Source of the DNA: an uncultured Spirochaetales bacterium
GTDB taxonomy: Bacteria > Spirochaetota > Spirochaetia > Sphaerochaetales > Sphaerochaetaceae
DNA: 64,000 nt
Direction: 5' to 3'
Assembly (NCBI GenBank): GCA_902773355.1
Contig: CACYEI010000030.1
Span: 30,822-94,821, forward strand
The notes beneath the pieces are model-generated. The model was not told the origin of the DNA. It ran no database searches and saw nothing but the letters and a program-made list of their open reading frames with translations. Positions 19,292 to 28,284 of this stretch are shown here, in pieces (within the stretch, counting starts at the first letter, position 1; each line of letters opens with the position of its first letter). A program made the translations under genes and the position numbers.

Positions 19292-20653
19292 TTGGTAGAA
19301 GTTGAAAAATCCCTAATGAAACTAATTGAAAACAAAAAATATACTGCATTAAAGGAAGTTCTTTCTACTATTAATCCTTCTGATATAGCTTCTGTACTTG
19401 ATGACTTAGAAGAACAGCAGATTCTGATTATTTTTAGACTTCTTCCTAAAGAACTTGCAGCTGATACTTTTGTAGAAATGGAACCAGAAAATCAGGAATT
19501 ATTAATTAAAAGTTTCAGTGATTTGGAGTTAAAACAGGTTCTATATGATTTATATGTTGATGATGTTGTAGATATTGTTGAAGAAATGCCTGCAAATGTT
19601 GTAAAAAGAATCCTTGACAATACTCCTAATAATAAAAGAAAAGATGTTAATCAAATTCTAAAATATCCTGAAGACTCTGCTGGTTCTGTAATGACTACAG
19701 AGTATGTTTCTTTAAGAGCCAACATGACTGTAGGCGAATCCATCTCTCATATCAGAGCTAACGGCGTAAACAAAGAAACCATATATACATGTTATGTAAC
19801 CGATAACAGAAAACTTGTTGGTTTAGTAACTATTAAAGATTTATTATTGGCTAAAAATGATCTTCTTTCTGTATCTGAAATTATGGAAGAAAATGTAATT
19901 TCTGTAAATACACACACAGATCAGGAAGAAGTAGTACAAATGTTCAGTAAGTATAATTTTTTAGCTATTCCTGTTGTTGATTCTGAAAACAGAATGGTAG
20001 GAATTATAACAGTAGATGATGCTATGGATGTTATGGAAGAAGAAGCAACTGAAGATATGGCTATTATGGCTGGTATGACACCATCAGATAAAACATATTT
20101 ACGTTCAACATCTCTAGATCTTTTTATTCATAGATTCCCATGGCTGTTAATTCTTATGGTTTCAGCAACTTTTACAGGCTTTATAATTACCAATTTTGAA
20201 AATGCTTTATCTCAAATGGTTATTCTTACCGCTTTTATACCCATGCTTATGGATACAGGAGGTAATTCAGGTTCCCAAAGTTCTGTAACTATAATCAGGG
20301 CACTAAGTTTAGGGGAAGTGGATTTTTCTGATATTTTTAAAGTAGTAAAAAAAGAAGTACTAACAGCAATACTTTGTGGTTTGTCTTTATCTATAGTATG
20401 CTTTGGTAAAATTATGCTTGTTGACAGATTACTTTTAAATAATCCAGATATTACTCCGCTTGTTGCATTGGTAGTATGTGTGACCATGGCTTTAACAGTT
20501 ATAGTTGCCAAGATAATTGGTGCAACATTACCTATTATTGCTAAAAAACTTGGTTTTGATCCAGCTGTTATGGCTAGCCCATTTATTACAACAGCAGTAG
20601 ATGCATTATCTTTACTAATATATTTCAGTATTACCAAAACTATTCTTTTGTAA
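19292..20653 (+). CDS. mgtE: Magnesium transporter MgtE
   Basis: MgtE N-domain, tandem CBS and a C-terminal membrane domain (MDTGGNSGSQS). Start placed at the TTG at 19292 after the AGGGGG RBS, with the ATG at 19316 as the alternative. Confidence 0.88.
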   Translation: MVEVEKSLMKLIENKKYTALKEVLSTINPSDIASVLDDLEEQQILIIFRLLPKELAADTFVEMEPENQELLIKSFSDLELKQVLYDLYVDDVVDIVEEMPANVVKRILDNTPNNKRKDVNQILKYPEDSAGSVMTTEYVSLRANMTVGESISHIRANGVNKETIYTCYVTDNRKLVGLVTIKDLLLAKNDLLSVSEIMEENVISVNTHTDQEEVVQMFSKYNFLAIPVVDSENRMVGIITVDDAMDVMEEEATEDMAIMAGMTPSDKTYLRSTSLDLFIHRFPWLLILMVSATFTGFIITNFENALSQMVILTAFIPMLMDTGGNSGSQSSVTIIRALSLGEVDFSDIFKVVKKEVLTAILCGLSLSIVCFGKIMLVDRLLLNNPDITPLVALVVCVTMALTVIVAKIIGATLPIIAKKLGFDPAVMASPFITTAVDALSLLIYFSITKTILL

Positions 20654-21566
20654 TATTTCTATTCTCAGACATCAAGTTTATATATGCAGACTGCATGGCA
20701 GAGAAACCTTCCCCAAGCACCATATAGGTATTCTGTATAGTCATAAATGCCGTTGGATCTTCTTCATGAACAATTCTTGATATAGTAGAAATCTGTCTGT
20801 TATATATAACAGCTATCAGCATATGTCTTTCTTTATTTGTATATATGCCCCTACCTACAAAATCTGTTCCGCCATGATGAAGTTCAGAAATAACTCTTCT
20901 GCCTATTGCCTCAGTTTTATTACTGAAGATATAAACTGTTTTAGCATAGCTATTTCCCATGGATAAAACAACAAAATTAATTACTTCTGATGTAACAAAT
21001 ACATTTATTAAGGAAATTAAACCACGTTCAAAACCAAAAACAAAAACACCAATAAGAATGATTAAACCATCAATAATCATCAAAGAAGTTCCTGTGGATA
21101 AAGGTGTATATCTATTAAGTATCTGAGCCAGTATATCTGTTCCGCCTGTGTTAGCCCCTGTTCTCATAACCAAACCTATTCCACCGCCATAAAGAACTCC
21201 TCCAAAAACGGAAGACAATAAAACATTTACTTCAGAAGAATAATTTAAAAAACCTTTATATGAAGTAAGCTGCCCAAAAAAAGTTATCCATAGTGCAAAC
21301 AGAATATTCCCTATCATACTTAGAATGCCGTATTTTTTTCCAAATACCTTGATTCCTAAAATATATAAGGGAACTGAAAGAATAATTACTGTAATTCCTA
21401 CATCAAATCCAGTTATATGATAAATAATAGTAGATAAACCACTAACTCCACCACTTGCAACTTTAGCAGGTGTAATAAAGCATGCTGAACCAAACCCTGT
21501 TACAGCAGTTCCAAATAAAATCAGAAGATAATCTGTCAGTTTGGAACCATTTTTTAATTTAGGCAT
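20640..21566 (-). CDS. YitT family membrane protein (DUF2179 C-terminal domain)
   Basis: 308 aa, polytopic, with the GGVSGLSTIIYH motif and a soluble C-terminal domain. Confidence 0.75.
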   Translation of the reverse strand: MPKLKNGSKLTDYLLILFGTAVTGFGSACFITPAKVASGGVSGLSTIIYHITGFDVGITVIILSVPLYILGIKVFGKKYGILSMIGNILFALWITFFGQLTSYKGFLNYSSEVNVLLSSVFGGVLYGGGIGLVMRTGANTGGTDILAQILNRYTPLSTGTSLMIIDGLIILIGVFVFGFERGLISLINVFVTSEVINFVVLSMGNSYAKTVYIFSNKTEAIGRRVISELHHGGTDFVGRGIYTNKERHMLIAVIYNRQISTISRIVHEEDPTAFMTIQNTYMVLGEGFSAMQSAYINLMSENRNITKE

Positions 21567-21597
21567 CTTATATTCTTGAAAAAATTTATTATCAGAT

Positions 21598-23076
21598 TTA
21601 CTCAGCTGTAGTAATCACTTCAGCATCATCTTCTACTGTAGTTTCTGTAGTAGCTTCTGTATTTATTGGGTTTTCAGCACTTGTTGTGTTTTCTGTACTT
21701 TCTGTACTTTCTGAACTCTCAGAAGACTCAGAAACATTTGTAGAATTATTTTTCAATAACCTGTTATTCTGAATTATCTTATCTACTAGGTCTATTATCT
21801 TAGGTAATGCCAAATTTTCATGTTTTTCACTCCCAAGTACAGCATTTCTCATATCCCCGTAAATGTTAAGAGCACCATTGACTTCAAATAAGAATTCTGA
21901 AATTGATCTGCTTGAATATGAAGGTTCCTCCTGCTCAGCAGTCTGTTCAGTGGTTTCACTTTCTTGCTCAGTTTCTTCACTGGCTGATAAATCACTATGT
22001 AATGAATCACCACGTACAGCGGTTACCCTAACAATCAAATAGCCTTCACTATTAGATAATTCTATTGGACTAAAGACATGACCTAATTCAGCAGAATGTA
22101 ATTCTTTAGCCAAATCTTCAGTATATACACTGTTTAGTTTACCTAATGAATCACGTGCACTTACCCCATATATATATGAAGAAGATGATACATTTACCGC
22201 TGCGTTTTCAACTGTAGTAATTCCACTAGAATAAATATCTGCTGCTTCCTCAAAATTAGTTTCTGCTAATGAAAGTGCTGAAGCTAAAACATTTTCATCT
22301 ATATAAGCCTTTATCAATTCAGGTTCATTTTGAAATATATATTCTTTTATTTCATCTACTGTTGGTTCAATTTCATTCCCTTCTTCATCAATATTTTTTG
22401 TCATAGATGAAATATCATAATCTTGAGCTAAATAATCTGGATATACATGATAATCTATTACAAAATATTCAAAACTTCTGGTATTATCTGCAATTTCACC
22501 AATAACATCTTTTTCAACCTGTGTTAAATTAGGTGTCTGTATATCTTCTACCACTACAGTATATGGATAATTTTTTTCATAAAAGGTTCTGATAACCTGT
22601 CTTTGCTGTGCTCTGGTATTTCTGTAAACTTCATCATCATACCCAGTCCCATTTGTTGAATAAACTCCAGAATCAACTATAGTCTTATTAACCAAATCAT
22701 TTGAAAAGCCAATACCAGCTTTTTTAGCCATCTGATTTACAGCCTGAAAGATAAGCTGTTGTTGATATGCAGAATAAAAAGAATAAATCATCTGGGTAGA
22801 ATCTTCATGTTCGGATGCAGTTTGAAATGAAGTATCCCCATTTATTGTTTCACTGAATACGTTATATGGCTCATATTTAACAGCCTCTTTATTATAGTAA
22901 CCATAAACTGTTGAATCATCTGTGTTTTGTCTAATTATAACCAAAAAATAATACAGCCCACCAACCATTAACAGAGCCAAAACAGCTATGATAATAGTTG
23001 TAAGAATTCTTCCTGGAGTCCATTCATTTTTCTTTTTATTTCTTTTCTTCACTTCTGTGTCGGTTTTATCAGACAT
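21598..23076 (-). CDS. Membrane-anchored hypothetical protein with acidic S/T/E-rich tail (possibly PpiD/SurA-like chaperone fold)
   Basis: Basic N-terminus plus one TM helix, a long periplasmic region, and low-complexity SESSESSESTESTENT and EETEQESETTEQTAEQEE segments. Confidence 0.45.
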   Translation of the reverse strand: MSDKTDTEVKKRNKKKNEWTPGRILTTIIIAVLALLMVGGLYYFLVIIRQNTDDSTVYGYYNKEAVKYEPYNVFSETINGDTSFQTASEHEDSTQMIYSFYSAYQQQLIFQAVNQMAKKAGIGFSNDLVNKTIVDSGVYSTNGTGYDDEVYRNTRAQQRQVIRTFYEKNYPYTVVVEDIQTPNLTQVEKDVIGEIADNTRSFEYFVIDYHVYPDYLAQDYDISSMTKNIDEEGNEIEPTVDEIKEYIFQNEPELIKAYIDENVLASALSLAETNFEEAADIYSSGITTVENAAVNVSSSSYIYGVSARDSLGKLNSVYTEDLAKELHSAELGHVFSPIELSNSEGYLIVRVTAVRGDSLHSDLSASEETEQESETTEQTAEQEEPSYSSRSISEFLFEVNGALNIYGDMRNAVLGSEKHENLALPKIIDLVDKIIQNNRLLKNNSTNVSESSESSESTESTENTTSAENPINTEATTETTVEDDAEVITTAE

Positions 23077-23133
23077 GTTATCCTCTTAAAAACAATAATT
23101 GACTGTTTGAAATTATTCAAAACTGTGAAGAAA

Positions 23134-23162
23134 ATATTACAAAAATGTTTTTTAACTGTCAA
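23134..23162 (-). promoter_or_regulatory. Sigma-70 type promoter (TTGACA-17 nt-TAATAT)
   Basis: On the minus strand, TTGACA (23162..23157), a 17-nt spacer and TAATAT (23139..23134), about 55 nt upstream of the ATG at 23076. Confidence 0.6.
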
Positions 23163-23312
23163 TCTATAACACTGCATTTTGTTTATTTGAATTTTGTTTG
23201 TATATTTATCATATCCATTGCATAAATGAACAAATATGTAGATGAACAAATTTAATGGAAAAATAATGGAGAAAATTTTATTAAAGGTAAAATATGAATT
23301 TTAGGAAATAAA

Positions 23313-23582
23313 ATGAATAAATTACTTTATAGGTTTGAAATGTTAATCTTAGCCTCTGAAAAAGATGAAAACACAGAACCACTGTGGTTAAGATTTTATA
23401 TCATACAAATGACTTTTTATATTTTTATTAATGAAAAATCATGTCTATCAAAAGATCAAGTTCATGAAGCATATCTAAAAATCAAGGAAGAATACAATGA
23501 ATTGAAAAAATTTATGAAAAAAAATGAGTTCAGTATAAAAAATGTTGATAATTTAATAAAAAGTATAAAAATATTTTCATAA
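23313..23582 (+). CDS. Hypothetical protein
   Basis: 89-aa ORF with an AGGAAA RBS and no recognisable motif. Confidence 0.3.
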   Translation: MNKLLYRFEMLILASEKDENTEPLWLRFYIIQMTFYIFINEKSCLSKDQVHEAYLKIKEEYNELKKFMKKNEFSIKNVDNLIKSIKIFS

Positions 23583-23615
23583 ACATCATTTTTGAAATTA
23601 CCATATTTCAAACCC

Positions 23616-23670
23616 CATTTGAGTAAAAAAGAAACAAAATAATAAACAAATTTTTCATTTGAGTAAAAAA
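23616..23670 (+). repeat. Two perfect 15-bp direct repeats CATTTGAGTAAAAAA with 40-bp phasing (candidate enhancer/UAS)
   Basis: Copies at 23616..23630 and 23656..23670, 60-115 bp upstream of the -24 element at 23730. Confidence 0.6.
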
Positions 23671-23729
23671 TAACCATTTTTATAAAGAAATTATGATTAT
23701 ATTTAAATTACCCCCTCTTTTTTTTATGT

Positions 23730-23745
23730 TGGCACAAAATATGCT
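23730..23745 (+). promoter_or_regulatory. Sigma-54 type -24/-12 promoter
   Basis: TGGCAC-AAAAT-ATGCT. The GG and GC are spaced as in the TGGCAC-N5-TTGCW consensus, 22 nt upstream of the ATG at 23768. Confidence 0.7.
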
Positions 23746-23767
23746 TATTTAATTTACAGAGGTTTAA

Positions 23768-24646
23768 ATGAGAACAAAAAATTACAATGATGAATCTGAT
23801 ATTAAATTTAATAACAAAGAGGAAGAAACAAGAGATTCACTTAATACTTATATCCATGAAATAGAAAAAATATCACTTTTAAATCCAAAAGAAGAATATG
23901 AACTGGCATTGAAAGCAAAATCTGGGGATAATGAAGCTAGGGAGAAACTATTAAATTCTAATTTAAGATTTGTAGTAAGTGTAGCTAAATCCTTTCAGAA
24001 CAGAGGATTACCATTAGAAGATTTGATAAGTGAAGGTAATATAGGATTAATAAATGCCATAGATAAATTTCAACCTGAATTAGGCAATAAATTTATAAGT
24101 TATGCTGTATGGTGGATAAGACAGTCAATAATTAAAGCTATTGGAGATAAATCAAAATTAATCAGACTTCCAATGAATAGAAATGTACAGCTAAATTCAA
24201 TTCAAGCAGCAAAAGCTCTTTTGGAAAAAGATGGCAGCGAGGCAACAATTGAAGAAATTGCACAATCTTGCGGAATAGATGAAGACAATGTAAGTTCTCT
24301 TCTTAACATATCAAATAATGTCTGTAGTTTAGATGCACCACTAACAGAAGATGAAAGCCATACCTTTGGTGATATTCTTGAAGATAAGGCAGATGGTCCA
24401 GATGAAATTCTGCTAACCAATTCATTAACTCAAGCTATTGATAATATAATGTCTAATTTTACTGAACGTGAAAAAAATATCATAATACTAAGATATGGTC
24501 TGCATGGAGCTAAACCTCTTAGCTTGAAGGAAATAGGAGAAATATACGGCCTCTCTAAAGAAAGAATCAGACAGATTGAAAAAAAGATAGTTTTCAGACT
24601 CTCAAAAGATGAAAGTGTTGCTGATTTAAAAGCCTATATAGCTTAA
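23768..24646 (+). CDS. Sigma-70 family RNA polymerase sigma factor (RpoS/RpoD-like, regions 1.2-4)
   Basis: 292 aa with NLRFVVSVAK, EGNIGLINAIDKF, YAVWWIRQSI (region 2) and LSKERIRQIEKK (region 4.2). Confidence 0.88.
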   Translation: MRTKNYNDESDIKFNNKEEETRDSLNTYIHEIEKISLLNPKEEYELALKAKSGDNEAREKLLNSNLRFVVSVAKSFQNRGLPLEDLISEGNIGLINAIDKFQPELGNKFISYAVWWIRQSIIKAIGDKSKLIRLPMNRNVQLNSIQAAKALLEKDGSEATIEEIAQSCGIDEDNVSSLLNISNNVCSLDAPLTEDESHTFGDILEDKADGPDEILLTNSLTQAIDNIMSNFTEREKNIIILRYGLHGAKPLSLKEIGEIYGLSKERIRQIEKKIVFRLSKDESVADLKAYIA

Positions 24647-24786
24647 ATGCCATGTTTCACTACTTTTTATAACACGTTCTCAAAAAAATAAAATAAAGAT
24701 TTGATTCTGCAAGTATTCTAATACTGTAGTAATTTCATAAAAGTGCAAGAACTTGCAAAAATTTTATCCCAAGACCTATAAGATGA

Positions 24787-24936
24787 TTAAAAGAAAAGTC
24801 TTTATTAAAAATAGATGACAGCTTTAGAAAAATAATTATAGTAAGAAATAATATAAAAAAATGGATGGATCAAAAAGGTGTCCTTATTCTAAGCCTAAAA
24901 GAATTTCTTTTAAATCCAGATTCAATTAAAAGCTAA
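24787..24936 (+). pseudogene. C-terminal remnant of an AAA_14/DUF4143 ATPase paralogue
   Basis: A 49-codon open stretch, ...IDDSFRKIIIVRNNIKKWMDQKGVLILSLKEFLLNPDSIKS*, resembles the C-terminal end of the neighbouring ATPase. There is no upstream coding sequence. Confidence 0.5.
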
Positions 24937-25294
24937 TAAATCCAAACACTATTCTAACTTTTTATATGTATCTGGAAAATGCTCTTAAAGCGTTTGTAAC
25001 TTTCCCAATTTTAAAATCAGAACCTAATTCAAGACATGTGAAAAGAAATTTTCATATGAAATAAAATATCCAATTTGTCCCTGTAAGTCTGTAACAATAT
25101 CATCTTCTCTTAAATTATTCTTAAATTCTTCTTCAGACCAACCCATGTCATTACAATATTTTAGTTTTTTCCGCCAGCTGTTTTTTATTCATACTTCCAA
25201 TAGATCATTTTCAACAAAACAGTTATAAAATCTTTGTTTAAGAAAATTAGAAAAAAAAACATATTTTAGAAAAATGTGTAAAAATATAAAATAT

Positions 25295-25331
25295 GTGTCA
25301 CAAAATCAAAAAAATATTGAATTTGTGACAC
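25295..25331. repeat. 10-bp perfect inverted repeat GTGTCACAAA / TTTGTGACAC (candidate operator or hairpin)
   Basis: Arms at 25295..25304 and 25322..25331 with a 17-nt spacer, 47-83 nt upstream of the ATPase ATG. Confidence 0.5.
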
Positions 25332-25377
25332 TCAACAGATACAATCTATGTGAATAAAGAAATTGGATAACCTTAAA

Positions 25378-26611
25378 ATGGAGATTATTAGAGAAAAATA
25401 TTTAAATGAAATAAGACGTTTCTATGACTCAAACCTTATAAAAGCTTATAAAAGTTATAACTGGCGTTAGAAGATGTGGAAAATCAATAATTCTTAAACA
25501 AATTGAAAGTGAATTGTTATTAAAAAATCTTATTTGTTATGACCATATTATTACTATCAATTTTGAAGACATTAAATATGATAAATTGAATACATATAGA
25601 AAATTAAACGCTTATATACTTAAACAAATAAAAGACAAAAAAAAATATTATATACTATTAGATGAAATACAGCATGTTAGACAATTTGAAAAAGTGCTAT
25701 CATCCCTAAAAGCAACTCAAAATGTTTCTATTTTTGTTACTGGTTCTAATTCAAAATTATTATCTGGTAGATTAGCAACTTTACTTGTTGGTAGATGTAA
25801 AGAATTTAAAATAATTCCTTTTACATATTCTGAATATTTAGAATATTTTGAAAAAAATAGGATAGAATTAAAAAATAATCCTCTAAGTGATTATTTGAAA
25901 TATGGTGGGATGCCACAAAGATTAGATTATAGTGAAGAAAAAGATATAATTGAATATCTTAAATCTGTTTATAATGGAATTGTTAATAAAGATATATGCA
26001 ATTCTAAATCTCATATTAATAAAGAAACATTCAATATTATTTCAAAATACATAATGAATAATACTTCAAAAGAATTTTCAACACAGAACGTGGTTGATTA
26101 TTTCAATAAATATAATAATAGTAATTTAGATAGAAAAGTTGTTTACAGATATTTAGAAAAACTAGAAGAAGCATGCCTAATATCTAGAGTTCATAGATAT
26201 GATATTGCATCTAAAAGGAATTTAAAATCTATAGAAAAGCAATACGCAATTGATAATGGTTTCATACTTGCATGTTCTGAATCAAACAATGTGATTTTAT
26301 CGCACTTTCTTGAGAACGCTATTTATAATGATTTAGTATTTAAAGGTTATGATATAAAAATAGGTAAAACATATAAAGGTGAAATAGACTTTGTTGCAAT
26401 TAAAGATTCTAAAAAATGCTTTATTCAAGTTGCTTATTTACTTTCAGATGAACAGGTAATTCAAAGAGAATTTGGAGCTTTTAAATCTATAAAAGATCCA
26501 TCACCTAAGTATGTTCTTTCTCTAGATGATTTTGATATGTCAAGAGACGGTATTACGCATATTAATATCATAGATTTTTTGCTTAACAAAAAAGAATTAT
26601 ATTTATCATAA
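25378..26611 (+). pseudogene. AAA_14/DUF4143 family ATPase, frameshifted by a 10-bp tandem duplication
   Basis: The ATG at 25378 gives MEIIREKYLNEIRRFYDSNLI, then a stop at 25468. CTTATAAAAG is present twice in tandem (25435..25454). Removing one copy restores ...NLIKVITGVRRCGKSIILKQIESELLLKNL..., joining Walker A in frame to the 365-aa ORF. Confidence 0.8.
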
Positions 26612-26659
26612 TACGCCATAAAAAATATTTTTAGTTATTGACATAAAAATCACATGATA

Positions 26660-26800
26660 TTATTGCAAATGTGGGAAACCGCAGAATTATATTCAATCAA
26701 CGTATGCAATACCTAATAAAGAAAAATGGAGCAGGAACAGGCTTCATTAATTCATATTCCTGATTCATTTAAAAAAATAATTGTAATTTTGGTTTACACT
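26660..26800 (+). pseudogene. Second C-terminal remnant of an AAA_14/DUF4143 ATPase paralogue (frameshifted)
   Basis: The fragments NYIQSTYAIPNKE and EQASLIHIPDSFKKIIV, in two frames, parallel CFIQVAYLLSDEQ...KSIKDPSPKYVLSL of the neighbouring copy. Confidence 0.4.
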
Positions 26801-26820
26801 TTTCTGAACAAAAATCTAAA

Positions 26821-27648
26821 TTAAATGGAATTAAAATATAAACTTTTTAATAATAGATACCTGTTATATTTTTCTTCTTTTAAAAAATGAACTTCTCTAC
26901 TTTGAAGTACTCCATTATCATAATTTTCATATTTATTTAATTGAGCAGAAGTCAAATCATACACCTTATTATCTATAACATTAAAGCAATGAATGCTTCC
27001 ATCTTCATGAGCAGTTCCATAAACATCACCACCTAATAAATCCTGTACAAGAAAAGATGTTACAGAACACTGACCAAGTGTTCTATTTAAGGCAGTCCAT
27101 TTATTCTGCATTCTAGTAGCACAGGTTTTACGGCTCCACAAATCAAATAAAGCACAGTAAATACTAAAAACTTTTTTATCTGTTTCTGTAGACAAAGAAA
27201 AACCTTTATAGTTTAACACATCATTAAATAAATTTTTACACCCTTTTTCTATCAAATTAAAGACTTTTAAAAAATTTCCTGAATACCATGGATCTTCTAT
27301 ATTTTCATTTTTTAAAAGTAATGAAATTTTTCCATCCGGATCATAATCAGTCATATGTAAAATATTACTTAAGTTATTATTATCCATAACTTTTATTAAA
27401 CTGAACTGTTTATAATCATACTTATCAATTTGTCTGGCTTTATGATTTATATTTTTAATTCCATGCATATTCAACATTTTTACGGCAGGAGGATACACAG
27501 AATTTCCTATTTCTTCTGTACTTGTAGCAGCACTATCAATCTGAAAATATTTACTTAAGCCAGCCTTAGTTACTATATCCTGAAACACATATTGAGCCAT
27601 AGGACTTCTACAAATATTACCATGACATACAAATAAAACTTTTATCAC
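26821..27648 (-). CDS. Low-molecular-weight protein-tyrosine phosphatase fused to a YunG-like C-terminal domain
   Basis: VCHGNICRSPMA (CX5R-S) and the DPWY general-acid loop lie in the first ~150 aa. The last ~120 aa carry GQCSVTSFLVQDLLGG, resembling YunG-family proteins. Confidence 0.7.
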   Translation of the reverse strand: MIKVLFVCHGNICRSPMAQYVFQDIVTKAGLSKYFQIDSAATSTEEIGNSVYPPAVKMLNMHGIKNINHKARQIDKYDYKQFSLIKVMDNNNLSNILHMTDYDPDGKISLLLKNENIEDPWYSGNFLKVFNLIEKGCKNLFNDVLNYKGFSLSTETDKKVFSIYCALFDLWSRKTCATRMQNKWTALNRTLGQCSVTSFLVQDLLGGDVYGTAHEDGSIHCFNVIDNKVYDLTSAQLNKYENYDNGVLQSREVHFLKEEKYNRYLLLKSLYFNSI

Positions 27649-27717
27649 TGTAAATCCCTTTTTATAATCATATTTTTTACAGTCTTATTAATTTTTTAAT
27701 CATAATCAATAGAGGTT

Positions 27718-27749
27718 AAAAAAATAGGGTTAGAGATAATCTCCAACCC
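27718..27749 (-). terminator. Rho-independent terminator after hsp20
   Basis: On the minus strand, GGGTTGGAGA-TTA-TCTCTAACCC (one G-U pair) followed by TATTTTTTT. Confidence 0.7.
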
Positions 27750-27819
27750 CTGAGGTATTTATGACTCATATAAAACACACAGAGTCATTAAAAGTTACAA
27801 AATTATTTGTTATTCTTAA

Positions 27820-28230
27820 TTATTTGTTAATCTTAACTTCAATTTTTTTAGGTTGCTCTACAGGTTTTTTAGGTAAGGTTACTGTTAAGATACCATTCTT
27901 AAATTCAGCTGAAATAAGAGATTCATCTACACTTTCAGGAAGTGAGAAAGATCTATCAAACTTAATATAACTACGTTCTTTAATAATAAACTTCTTATCA
28001 TCTTTTTTTACAGATTTTTCAGAAGAAATATGAAGAACATGTTTTTCAACATTAACATTAACATCATCTTCTGAATATCCTGCAAGCTCTGCTTCCACAT
28101 AATAAGCATTTTCATCTTCTATTACATCCACTGATGGAATCTTACTATTCTTAACACCCCAGTTCCCAAATACATTATTAAATAAAGTCTCAAAATCATT
28201 ATCATTAGTTCTAGTCATCATATAATTCAT
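27820..28230 (-). CDS. Hsp20/alpha-crystallin family small heat-shock protein
   Basis: Start set at the ATG at 28230 (AGGAG 8 nt upstream). The alpha-crystallin domain carries AELAGYSEDDVNVNV and NGILTVTLPK motifs. Confidence 0.9.
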   Translation of the reverse strand: MNYMMTRTNDNDFETLFNNVFGNWGVKNSKIPSVDVIEDENAYYVEAELAGYSEDDVNVNVEKHVLHISSEKSVKKDDKKFIIKERSYIKFDRSFSLPESVDESLISAEFKNGILTVTLPKKPVEQPKKIEVKINK

Positions 28231-28284
28231 AATCACATCTCCTATTTTATAATTTCTATCAGTTTAAACTGACACTTATGTCTT

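Noticed and set aside
20212-20637. 141-aa minus-strand ORF inside mgtE
   Set aside because: It is antisense to the MgtE membrane domain. It is a shadow ORF.
23462-23677. 71-aa minus-strand ORF covering the direct repeats upstream of the sigma factor gene
   Set aside because: It is an F/I/N/K-rich translation of A/T-rich intergenic DNA, with no RBS. The region is better explained as regulatory.
24650-26820. Mobile element or prophage remnant
   Set aside because: No transposase, integrase, terminal inverted repeats or flanking direct repeats were found. The only recognisable content is decayed copies of one ATPase family.
27761-27970. 69-aa plus-strand ORF overlapping hsp20
   Set aside because: It is antisense to hsp20 and runs across its terminator, with no RBS.
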